Origin: Promethearchaeota archaeon | Lineage (GTDB): Archaea > Asgardarchaeota > Lokiarchaeia > Sigyniarchaeales > SOKP01 | Assembly (NCBI GenBank): GCA_019058445.1 | Contig: JAHPZA010000006.1 | Coordinates: 512,001-576,000 of the forward strand | Length of the DNA stretch: 64,000 bases | Direction of reading: 5' to 3' | In this document: piece after piece, positions 50,100-59,045 of the stretch | How the letters are laid out: each line of letters begins with the position of its first letter | Numbering within the stretch: the stretch's first letter is position 1 | Translations under genes and position numbers: made by a program | Notes under the pieces: generated by a model | Database searches by the model: none | What the model was told of the DNA's origin: nothing | Seen by the model: the letters and a program-made list of their open reading frames with translations, nothing else

Positions 50100-51311
50100 A
50101 TGAAAGCTGTAGAAATATCTGCTGAATGGTCTCCAAAACCGAGTTTTAAACTCGGTTCTAAAGATATTGATGGCAAACTGACTTATTTAGGTTCCCAAGT
50201 ATGGAAAAATCCAGTAGTAACGGTTATTGACGATAAACCGATTCCAAAAATCAAGCCAAATGAAGTTCTATTACAAGTGAAAAGATGCGGAATATGTGGT
50301 TCTGATGTTCATATGGCTCAATCATATGATGATGGATATATCTATTATCCGGGATTAACTGCGTTTCCTGCAACCCTCGGTCATGAGTTTGCTGGTGAAG
50401 TAGTAGAAGTTGGCAGCCAAGCAATAAATAAGAGGACTGGCAAATTATATGAGAAAGGTGAACCTGTAACTGTGGAAGAAATGGTGTGGTGCGGTGAATG
50501 TAAGCCATGTTGTGACGGATTCCCAAACCATTGTGAAAGATTGCAAGAAATAGGATTCTCAATTGATGGAGCTTTTGCTGAATATATTGCTGTCCCTTCT
50601 AAATTATGTTGGAGTTTAAAAAAATTGGAAGGAAAGTATGAAGATATATATAAAATAGGCAGTTTAGTCGAACCAACTTCGGTAGCTTATAATGCTGTTA
50701 TAGAAAGAGGGGGAGGGATTAGACCGGGTGAGAATGTTGTTATTTTAGGAGCTGGTCCAGTCGGTTTGGCTTCTGCTCGTATTTTGAAAACTGCAGGAGC
50801 TGCACTTTGTATTGTTTCTGAGCCTAACGAGCATCGAGCAAAATTTGCTAAAACAATGGGTGCTGATTATACAATTAATCCTCAAAAAGAAAACTTTGTA
50901 GAGAAAGTAAAGGAGTATACCGATAACGATGGAGCTGCTTTATATCTTGAGGCAACAGGACTTCCTCAAGTAGTTACAGAGGATATTCAAAACTGTATTT
51001 GGGAATGTAAATCCGTCAATAGTACTGTTGTTATTGTGGCAAGGGCAGAGCAGAGAATGCCTGTTTGCGGTGAATATTTTCAAGTAAGAAGAGCCCGAAT
51101 TGTTGGTGCACAAGCTTAAATAGATCTCCTATTTAAAATGTATGGCCACAGCGGGCACGGAACCTTTCCAAATGTAATTAGTTGTATGGCTGCTGGAATG
51201 GACATGACACCATTGGTTACAAAAGAGATCTCATTAGATGATGTACCAGAAAATTTAAAATTACTTCAAACGGATAGGGAAAATTGCAAAATTTCTGCCA
51301 AAATTAACTAG
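50100..51311 (+). CDS. iolM: scyllo-Inosose 3-dehydrogenase (Zn-dependent MDR) interrupted by a 30-nt insert; 393 aa if the insert is removed
   Basis: CGICGSD, GHE, CGECKPC...C, GAGPVG. After IVGAQ the frame resumes 30 nt later with GHSGHGTFPNVISCMAAGMDMTPLVTKEISLDDVPENLKLLQTDRENCKISAKIN*. Inositol gene context. Confidence 0.85.
51115..51144 (+). other. Putative BHB-type mRNA micro-intron (30 nt; equivalent register 51114-51143)
   Basis: In-frame insert carrying TAA, with an 8-bp hairpin TTAAATAG/CTATTTAA and relaxed bulge-helix-bulge junctions. Same size as the three tRNA introns. Confidence 0.65.
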
Positions 51312-51316
51312 ATTTT

Positions 51317-53485
51317 TTAAAAATCATCTATTTTTTTTTGATTTTCTTTTTCATATTTATGGATTTTATTAAATTCTACTTTTAGTTGAGCATGGTTTTC
51401 TAAAAATTTCTTTAACTCTTTTTTATGATTTACTTTACAATAGTTAGAAAGCTTAATTTTCAAATCTTTTAATTCCCTTAAATTGGATGTAATATTGTTT
51501 TTCGTGACAACAATATTATTTATTACTATGTTATGGAAGATTTTTCTTTCTTCTTCGTTAAAATCCATTATTTCAGCAAATAAGTCATGTCGGATTATTA
51601 TAACCCTTTTAGAATACAAATTTCTTTCTTTTTCCGAAATTTTAGCATTCTTAGGAAAATCTATAACTTTTAAAGGCATATCTGAAATACCAATAATAAA
51701 AAGTAAAGTATAAGGTGTATAATATTTTCTAGCTTTATCTAAGATATTTTCTTCATTCAAATTACTAGTAAAATCGAATAAGATAATTTTATATTTAAAC
51801 AAATCTAATTTCAATTTAACAAGATTATCTCTAATTTTTTGAGTGAAATCTTTATTGACTATTAATAATCCATCAATTCGGTAGTTATAATTAAGAAATA
51901 TTACAATTTCAGAATAATATAGACTTCCCAGTTTCCTGGTCATTAAAAAATTGATACATTTATGAGAAAGAATACCTATATTTCTATATTTAGCAAAATA
52001 TGTATCGTTAAAACGGATGTCATATAAGGTAGGATTGAGGATTTTTTTCGCAATATCAGTTATAGGTCGTCTACTTACCCCATATGCCTTAGCAATTTTA
52101 GTTAGAGATCTTCCATTTTCAAAATCTCTAATCTCATTAACTATTTCGGAAATATCATTTATTAAATCTATTTTTATACCAATATTATCACTTATCACTT
52201 CTATAGAGATTCCAAGCTCCAAATCATTAATGATTTTATCCCTAAGGTCTATATTAGATAATGTGTTATAAAAACCCAAGAAATTAGCAATTTTTTGAAT
52301 TTTTTTTCGTGGTATATTATATTTTCTGGCAATATCCACGGGTACCCATTTATCTATTAACATCCTATATAATATACAATTTATAATTTCATTGTTCCTG
52401 TTGATTGAAACTACTTTTTTTATGGTTTCATCATAGTCAATGTCTTGATTTTTTGTCCAAGTCTTAAAATCACTTATAATCTTAAAACTATGAATAGGGC
52501 GAATTAAATACTTATCAGATTTAATGCTTAAACTGTACTCTTTTAATAAAAATTGTAATTTAGGATTATTAAAATTCTGAAAGCTAATTTCTGTTATTTT
52601 ATCATCTAATATATCCTTAGCAATCTTCATTATCTTTTCTTTAGTAATTATATCTCGTCCTCTCTTAAGGAGCTTTATATATTTCGAGACGGTTGATTTT
52701 GAAATGCCTGCTCTTTTTGCTATTTGTCTGGCACTTTCTTCTGTTTGAATGATTCTATGTACAACAAATTTTACAATCTCAGAATTTCTATTAATTATTT
52801 CACATTTTTTTAGAATCTCATCTTTATTCAATTTAGACGAATAACCATCTAAAATATTTATTAATTTAGATTCATCAATATTTTTTATCCATAGTGCAAA
52901 CTCTCTTGTAATTCTAACCACATTATATGGAGAGTTAGTTCCTGATATATTTCGATAATATTTTAGTAATCTCTGAAATTGGGGATGAGTAAAATTTTTA
53001 AATTCTATTCTTTCAATGTTTTCTGCTACTTTAATTATATAATTGTCGGAGAAAGTATGTTTAAATCGATTATCAAATTTATTCTTAATTACAATTTTAG
53101 CTATTTGATTTAAAGTTGAATCAGTCATATGAAATTTTTCCTTCAATTCTGTTAATGAAACTCCAAAAACGAAATCAATAATATCTAAAACTAGAAGGAA
53201 ATGATCTTCAATTGTTTTAAAATTAACGTTGCGCCTATCAGTTTGTATTCTCGAACATTTATATTTATTGACAAAATCATGAAATTTATTATCAATTTCC
53301 AAGAAAATTTTTTCATATGTTGGATTTTTGAATAATTTCTTATTTCTTCTTATCTTAATGATATCATTTAAAATATGAACGAATTTATAGGTTTCTCTAA
53401 TATTCAACTCTTTTTTTAAATTTATAATAAAATGATTTAATTCCAATATTAGTTTTTTCCGTTCAAATGATATTCTTTTTACCAT
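51317..53485 (-). CDS. Multi-HTH protein with putative C-terminal PD-(D/E)xK-like nuclease domain
   Basis: Two ~120-aa internal repeats ending in HTHs (SARQIAKRAGISKSTVSKY; PVDIARKYNIPRKKIQKI), further HTHs (SLTKIAKAYGVSRRPI), then GILSHKCI...SE...RIDG...FDFTS...K..KY. Very AT-rich. Confidence 0.6.
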   Translation of the reverse strand: MVKRISFERKKLILELNHFIINLKKELNIRETYKFVHILNDIIKIRRNKKLFKNPTYEKIFLEIDNKFHDFVNKYKCSRIQTDRRNVNFKTIEDHFLLVLDIIDFVFGVSLTELKEKFHMTDSTLNQIAKIVIKNKFDNRFKHTFSDNYIIKVAENIERIEFKNFTHPQFQRLLKYYRNISGTNSPYNVVRITREFALWIKNIDESKLINILDGYSSKLNKDEILKKCEIINRNSEIVKFVVHRIIQTEESARQIAKRAGISKSTVSKYIKLLKRGRDIITKEKIMKIAKDILDDKITEISFQNFNNPKLQFLLKEYSLSIKSDKYLIRPIHSFKIISDFKTWTKNQDIDYDETIKKVVSINRNNEIINCILYRMLIDKWVPVDIARKYNIPRKKIQKIANFLGFYNTLSNIDLRDKIINDLELGISIEVISDNIGIKIDLINDISEIVNEIRDFENGRSLTKIAKAYGVSRRPITDIAKKILNPTLYDIRFNDTYFAKYRNIGILSHKCINFLMTRKLGSLYYSEIVIFLNYNYRIDGLLIVNKDFTQKIRDNLVKLKLDLFKYKIILFDFTSNLNEENILDKARKYYTPYTLLFIIGISDMPLKVIDFPKNAKISEKERNLYSKRVIIIRHDLFAEIMDFNEEERKIFHNIVINNIVVTKNNITSNLRELKDLKIKLSNYCKVNHKKELKKFLENHAQLKVEFNKIHKYEKENQKKIDDF

Positions 53486-53641
53486 ATTTTTTTATTTTTA
53501 AATAATCAAGAGTATAATTTAATGGTCTAAAAATCATCTAACGTTTTTAATACTAACAGTAACATAATTTATTTATTTTTAAAAGAAAACCAGATATGAA
53601 TTGAATATTAAATTTTGTTTTAATTAGACTAATCAATGAAG

Positions 53642-53684
53642 GGACATATTGGTCATGGAACGCTTCTTATGTGATTTCTTGTAT
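53642..53684 (+). pseudogene. Degenerate copy of the iolM segment GHSGHGTFPNVISCM
   Basis: GGA CAT ATT GGT CAT GGA ACG CTT CTT AT- GTG ATT TCT TGT AT; begins at the codon where the 30-nt insert sits. Confidence 0.75.
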
Positions 53685-53694
53685 ATTTACTTCA

Positions 53695-54477
53695 TTAATG
53701 ATAATAGTCTATAAATTCTCCTTCGATTTTCTTAAAAGGAATTAGCTTAAATAATTCTTCGAAAAGATAATTATAGGTTTCTAAATCAAAAATTTTAAAC
53801 TCAAATGAGTATTTCTGAAAATCTCCTTCATCTAAATTGTTAAAATAATCAAAATATAATCCAATTTTATAATAATCTGTATAAGTGTGATCGACAGTTA
53901 TTGTTTTAATGTTAAATATATTGACAAAAATATATTTTTCAGTTAAATTAAAATTTTTTTTTGAATACTTAGATTTCAATTCTAAATAATTCTTAAGTTT
54001 CTTTTTCGGATAATTTTGAATCCATCTTTTATTAGTTAATATTTTATCTCTTCTAGTATCTGTTAATTTTTTATTTAAACCATATGTTCTGAATAAAATC
54101 CTTTCATCTCTTTCTAAATGATCGAATATTTCTGTTCTTGCTAAGATCATATTAATGCACTTAAGAACTGCAGGTATTATTTTTTTTTTAAAGGATTTTT
54201 TTGGCACAGCATAACCTTGCTCCCTTCTTCCTTTATAAAATATGTTTAATACACCATTTTCGACTTTAAATATAATCTTAAATAAAAAGTTCTTTGTAAT
54301 TAATTTTAATGTTGTCGATAAATGTTCACGAGGGCCATATTCTTTTATATTATAGCGAGATCTTTTAGTACCATAAATATTTGCTGTAATATTTCTCACA
54401 AATTCATCAAAAACTTCATTGATATCCTTCAGATATTTGTCTAGTCTAACAATTAGTTCTGGCTCTTCTTCCATCAT
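53695..54477 (-). CDS. Hypothetical protein (cargo between two iolM fragments)
   Basis: 260-aa K/F/I-rich ORF; no family recognised. Confidence 0.6.
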   Translation of the reverse strand: MMEEEPELIVRLDKYLKDINEVFDEFVRNITANIYGTKRSRYNIKEYGPREHLSTTLKLITKNFLFKIIFKVENGVLNIFYKGRREQGYAVPKKSFKKKIIPAVLKCINMILARTEIFDHLERDERILFRTYGLNKKLTDTRRDKILTNKRWIQNYPKKKLKNYLELKSKYSKKNFNLTEKYIFVNIFNIKTITVDHTYTDYYKIGLYFDYFNNLDEGDFQKYSFEFKIFDLETYNYLFEELFKLIPFKKIEGEFIDYYH

Positions 54478-54560
54478 CTTTCGTACAAATTTTTATAAAA
54501 AATGAATTGAATTCAAACTATTTGTTTAAAGTTAAAAAGAAATTAGAATTTATAAATGCG

Positions 54561-54686
54561 ATGGCAGCGGGTATGGATATGACACCCATGGTTACCAAAG
54601 AAATTAGTTTAGATCAAGTTCCTGAAAATCTCAAGCTTTTACAAACAGATCGAGAAAATTGTAAAATTTCTGCGAAAATAGCATAA
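54561..54686 (+). pseudogene. Displaced second copy of the last 41 codons of iolM
   Basis: MAAGMDMTPMVTKEISLDQVPENLKLLQTDRENCKISAKIA*: 38/41 aa but only 93/126 nt identical to 51186-51311. Confidence 0.92.
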
Positions 54687-54727
54687 AATTTTGTTTAATT
54701 TCTAAATCTCTCTTTTTTTAATTACTC

Positions 54728-55795
54728 TTAAAACCTATAATCTGGTAAAGGTTCTTCAAAAACCCAGTGAAGTTCTTTAGGTAAATCATGATAATCCACT
54801 TGTTTTATGATATCCGTAAAATCTCGGCTGTTAAAGGTATTCCAAAATATTATCGTCTTATTTTTAATGTTTGGTTTGTTTTTATGGACGAAACCTAATA
54901 GCGCTGCAAATGTTTTCCCCGAATAAGTGGGCTCAAGAATAATATCTTCACCATTTTTTAAGATTTTAATAGCTTCAATACATTCTGGTGTTGGAATCCC
55001 ATAATCAATTCCATAATATTCCTCATTATAATGTAAATGCTCAAAAGTAATATCGGATATGGTATTACCAAAACTGTTTATATATTTTATAGTTCTATTG
55101 GATAACCGCCGTATTGCCCTGAAATTACAATCTCTCGAATAGGACACTTGTATAGCATGAATATTGGTCTTTAGTCCAGCAAGTTTTATTCCTAGCGTTA
55201 AACCTGCTGCCGTTCCAGCCGAAGCAGTCGGAACAAAAATATAATCTGGCTCAGGTATTTCTCCATTATCAACTTGATTTTTTAATTCAAACGCGGCATC
55301 TATATATCCTAAAGTCCCTAATGGATTACTGCACCCTACTACCATGTAGTAAAAATCATCAGTTTTAGGAATAGCATTGATTGGATAATAAAACTCGGTT
55401 TTATAATACAAATCTAATAATAAATTATCCCTCACGAAAGTAGAAACTGGTTGATCCATCATAACTGCTACAGGTTTCAATTTTAATTGATCGCAAAATA
55501 TTGCGTTTGCAACACATTGATTTGATCCAATGGTTCCTGCTGTGAGTATTTTTTTATAGTTCTGATTTAGAGCATCTGCATAAATAAATTCCATCTTTCG
55601 AGATTTATTACCTCCATACAGTGGAGAAGTAATATCGTCACATTTTACCCAAAGTGAGTTAATACCCAACTTGTCTTCTAATTTAGTTAATTTTTTGACT
55701 GGTGTCTGTGTAGGTACTAACTTCATCCATGGGATCTTTCCTTCAAGGTCGGGATATTTTTCAAATAATAGCGGTTTGCTTCGAGTTTCAGACAT
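54728..55795 (-). CDS. PLP-dependent D-cysteine desulfhydrase/ACC deaminase family protein
   Basis: YGGNKSRKMEF, GSNQC, SAGTAAGL, LEPTYSGK. Confidence 0.9.
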   Translation of the reverse strand: MSETRSKPLLFEKYPDLEGKIPWMKLVPTQTPVKKLTKLEDKLGINSLWVKCDDITSPLYGGNKSRKMEFIYADALNQNYKKILTAGTIGSNQCVANAIFCDQLKLKPVAVMMDQPVSTFVRDNLLLDLYYKTEFYYPINAIPKTDDFYYMVVGCSNPLGTLGYIDAAFELKNQVDNGEIPEPDYIFVPTASAGTAAGLTLGIKLAGLKTNIHAIQVSYSRDCNFRAIRRLSNRTIKYINSFGNTISDITFEHLHYNEEYYGIDYGIPTPECIEAIKILKNGEDIILEPTYSGKTFAALLGFVHKNKPNIKNKTIIFWNTFNSRDFTDIIKQVDYHDLPKELHWVFEEPLPDYRF

Positions 55796-55905
55796 TTTTC
55801 TAATCCAAATTTGTTATCGATCATATTAAAATTATGATTTTACATAAAATTTGGGATTACAAAAAAATTTCTAAAAAAATATCCAGCTTTTCCCGTTAAT
55901 CAAAC

Positions 55906-57663
55906 TTAATAAGAATTTGGTGGAAGTAATTCCATAGGATCAACTACTACATCAACCAAATTAAACCCATCTGATTTTATCGCATCTTTTATTGCGGAAT
56001 CAAGTTCTGAGAGTCTTTCTACTCGTATACCAGTTCCTCCAAATACTTCTGATATCTTTGCAAAATTAGTATTTGGCCTGTCTGTATCATAATATCTATG
56101 CTTGTAAAGCATTGCTTGTCCGAACTTAACAAATCCTAATGCAGAATTATTTATAATCACAATGGCACAATCTAAATCCAATTTTTGTATGGTCTCGAAT
56201 TCATTTAAACCTCCATTCATTAAACCTCCATCTCCAGTTAATAAAATCTTCTTAGGATTACTCTTATCAAAATCATACTTATCAGCTGCTATGCATGTTC
56301 CGATAAGTGCTCCCACACCAAATCCAGTGGGACCTACACCTCGAGGAGTGATAATTTTTCGACCGATGCTTTTGACTGGAAAATAAGCCCCTATCCATCT
56401 GGAGCTGGCACTTGCATCAGTAACTAAATAATCATTTTCTGTCATATTATCAGAAATAGCTTTTAAAATTCTTTGAGGCTTTATAGGATCGCTATTCATC
56501 CATTTTGCATTATCTATTTCACGATATTTTTTATGGTCAGATCTCAACTTCTCAATATTTATTAATCGCTCTTTAATTAAATCATGATCATTTTGTAAAT
56601 TGGTTATGCCTCGCTCAGTAAGAAATTTCAATATATCTGAAAGGGCTGCTTTAGGGTCTCCCACAACCCCCCAAGGATGATAATTAAGCCCAATTTCGGC
56701 AGGGTCGATGTCAATTTGAATCATTTCTGTTTTCTGAGTTGGAATTTTAAAATTTGCGGTATCATCCTCTGTCAATCTATTTCCAACAACAATAAGCAAA
56801 TCAGCTTTAGTTCTAATAAACTTATGGTTAGGTTTCTCACCAAAAAGACCAACAGTCCCAAGATACAAGTTTTCTTGACCTTTAATTTCTTGGACCATTA
56901 TCCCCTTGCCAGATATGGTAGAAAACACAGGAGCTTTTAATAATTCACTTAATTTTTTAATTTCAAAAAATGCTCCAGAATTAACAGCCCCCCCTCCAGT
57001 GTAAAATGCAGGTTGTTTGGCATCTCGTATCATTTCCACAGCTTGTTCTATTTCAGCACTAGGAGGTGCAATACGGCAGCTATTTATTGAACAAGATCCT
57101 TTTATACGAGGAATGAATTCTTTTAATTTCAATTCTGAAGAGGATATAACATCTTCTGAAATTATTAAGGCAACTGGCCCAGGTTTCCCATTTACAGCTT
57201 GCTTGATAGCGTATGTCATAAATCTTGGCAAATATTCTGCTGATAATACTTTTCCAGTCCATTTTGTAACTGGAGTCAATGTTTCTGCTACTTTAATATC
57301 GTGTGGAATATTCCTCAACTCATCATGTGATTTTATTACTCCAACAATAGCTAACACCGAAGAAGCTGAACCTCTAGCTTCAGCAAGTGCTACTGGAAAA
57401 TTCATAGATCCTGCTGCTCCAGCATCACAAACACCAAGTGTTCCTGTTACCCGTGAATATGCATCAGCAGCAAAACAGGCACTACGCTCATCATTAAATA
57501 ACACATGTTCAATCCCCCCCGTAGCAAGAATACCATCGTAAAATCCCAAAGTATGACCATCTGGAATCCCAAAGACATGCTCAACACCATGTTCTTTTAA
57601 AAACCTTGCCATCCCGTGCCCTGTATGAATAATTTGCCTCAAGTTTTCTGATTCCATTTTCAC
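55906..57663 (-). CDS. Thiamine-pyrophosphate-dependent enzyme (acetolactate synthase-like)
   Basis: VFGIPD, DERSACFAADAYSR, GKPGPV, and the TPP motif GDGG...NNS. Confidence 0.9.
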   Translation of the reverse strand: MKMESENLRQIIHTGHGMARFLKEHGVEHVFGIPDGHTLGFYDGILATGGIEHVLFNDERSACFAADAYSRVTGTLGVCDAGAAGSMNFPVALAEARGSASSVLAIVGVIKSHDELRNIPHDIKVAETLTPVTKWTGKVLSAEYLPRFMTYAIKQAVNGKPGPVALIISEDVISSSELKLKEFIPRIKGSCSINSCRIAPPSAEIEQAVEMIRDAKQPAFYTGGGAVNSGAFFEIKKLSELLKAPVFSTISGKGIMVQEIKGQENLYLGTVGLFGEKPNHKFIRTKADLLIVVGNRLTEDDTANFKIPTQKTEMIQIDIDPAEIGLNYHPWGVVGDPKAALSDILKFLTERGITNLQNDHDLIKERLINIEKLRSDHKKYREIDNAKWMNSDPIKPQRILKAISDNMTENDYLVTDASASSRWIGAYFPVKSIGRKIITPRGVGPTGFGVGALIGTCIAADKYDFDKSNPKKILLTGDGGLMNGGLNEFETIQKLDLDCAIVIINNSALGFVKFGQAMLYKHRYYDTDRPNTNFAKISEVFGGTGIRVERLSELDSAIKDAIKSDGFNLVDVVVDPMELLPPNSY

Positions 57664-57827
57664 TCAAACACTATAAATTTATCATAGGATTTTAGGAATC
57701 GAAATTATAAAAAAGTCATTTCTAGAAATTATTAATTTATTCAATCTCAACCAAATCTGGATGAATTTCTCTAATAGAACTAAACAGAATTAATCAATTA
57801 GAATTTATAATTCATTATAATTTTTAA

Positions 57828-57949
57828 TGAAAAATTATAATTTATCGCAAAACTTTATAAATAATTATAATCCGTTACAAAGATCAGTGATGGATTATAA
57901 TTTATTATAGGGAATTAATGATAGATTATAATTTATTACGGGAAATTAA
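57828..57949. repeat. Four degenerate 30-31-bp tandem units, each with palindromic ATTATAAT, in a divergent intergenic region
   Basis: ATTATAAT at 57834, 57864, 57894 and 57925 (also 57814). The last two units are tgat(g/a)gattataatttatta(tagg/cggg)(g/a)aattaa. Confidence 0.6.
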
Positions 57950-58075
57950 TCAATATTTATACAAAAACTTAAATATAAAATCTATTTTTACATTTTCAAC
58001 TTCAATTCGGACAAAAAAATACTATATCCCCTTTTCACTGATAAAAATCCGGGGTTATTTTTATAAAGATTATAA

Positions 58076-58984
58076 TTGCAAATCTTAGAAATTAAGGAGG
58101 TAGGACAGAATTTGGCAAATTTTCCAAATGAACTAAATTATGTTATAATTCCAGTAATAATCCTAGTCATTTTTCTTATTTATAGAAGTAGATTTAATCT
58201 AAAAAAGGGCACCTCAAAGTTTAAGGTTGCTTTTTTAATGGTGCTCTCGAATTTATTTCTGTTGTTAATCGCTGTATTCGCGATAGGAACTATGAATCTT
58301 GAAATTATTAGTACAATTGTGTCTTATGCTTTAGGAACTGCTTTCTTTCTTTACACTCTATACTTTACCATAAAAGTATTAGATTTACATGAAAAAACAA
58401 TTAAAAATATGCTCATTGAAAGTTCAGAGACTTCCATTGATGTTGCAAATATCGCAACAGAACTTGCAGCAAGTTCGAATGAAGTTAATGCTGCAGCGGA
58501 AGAAATAGCATCAACAACTCAAAATATTTTTATAAATAGTAAGAAAGTAATGTCTTCTACTGATGATATTCAAAAACTTATGAGCCTAATTATCAACATT
58601 TCAGAGCAAACGAATTTACTAGCTTTAAATGCGAGTATAGAAGCCGGGAGAGCAGGTGAATATGGCAGGGGTTTTGCGGTAGTTGCTGATGAGGTAAGAA
58701 AATTGGCCGAAGAATCAAAGACTTCAATTAAAAATTCTTCTGAAAAAATAGATGAGATAATACAACAAATTCGAGATACATATATGGAAATGGAAGGTAT
58801 TAGTGCATCTACTGAAGAACAAACATCGTCAATGGAAGAGATCAATTCAACTGCAGAGAGACTTAGTGCACTAGCTGAAGAACTGAAAACTAGTTTAAAT
58901 CAGTATGCTAATGATATTGAGTCAACGAAAACTAAAGCTAAAGTGCAACCTAAATCAAATGATTATTTAAATATTATCATATAA
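58076..58984 (+). CDS. Short methyl-accepting chemotaxis protein (3 TM + signalling domain)
   Basis: [38 protein letters not shown]. Confidence 0.93.
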   Translation: MQILEIKEVGQNLANFPNELNYVIIPVIILVIFLIYRSRFNLKKGTSKFKVAFLMVLSNLFLLLIAVFAIGTMNLEIISTIVSYALGTAFFLYTLYFTIKVLDLHEKTIKNMLIESSETSIDVANIATELAASSNEVNAAAEEIASTTQNIFINSKKVMSSTDDIQKLMSLIINISEQTNLLALNASIEAGRAGEYGRGFAVVADEVRKLAEESKTSIKNSSEKIDEIIQQIRDTYMEMEGISASTEEQTSSMEEINSTAERLSALAEELKTSLNQYANDIESTKTKAKVQPKSNDYLNIII

Positions 58985-59045
58985 ATCTAACATTTTTTTT
59001 CCTAAATTTCTTTATTAATTTCTTCTGTAAATGAAATACATACTT

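Noticed and set aside
51114-51144. Sequencing error, simple nonsense mutation or selenocysteine/pyrrolysine readthrough in iolM
   Set aside because: It is a clean 30-nt structured addition within a conserved motif, the stop is TAA, and both flanks are intact and in frame.
51186-54686. DGR template/variable repeat pair or a simple TSD
   Set aside because: Differences are at synonymous positions of all four bases rather than adenine-specific, no reverse transcriptase is present, and 74% identity is too low for a TSD.
57828-57949. Possible mini-CRISPR array
   Set aside because: The units are contiguous with no unique spacers, and there are no cas genes.
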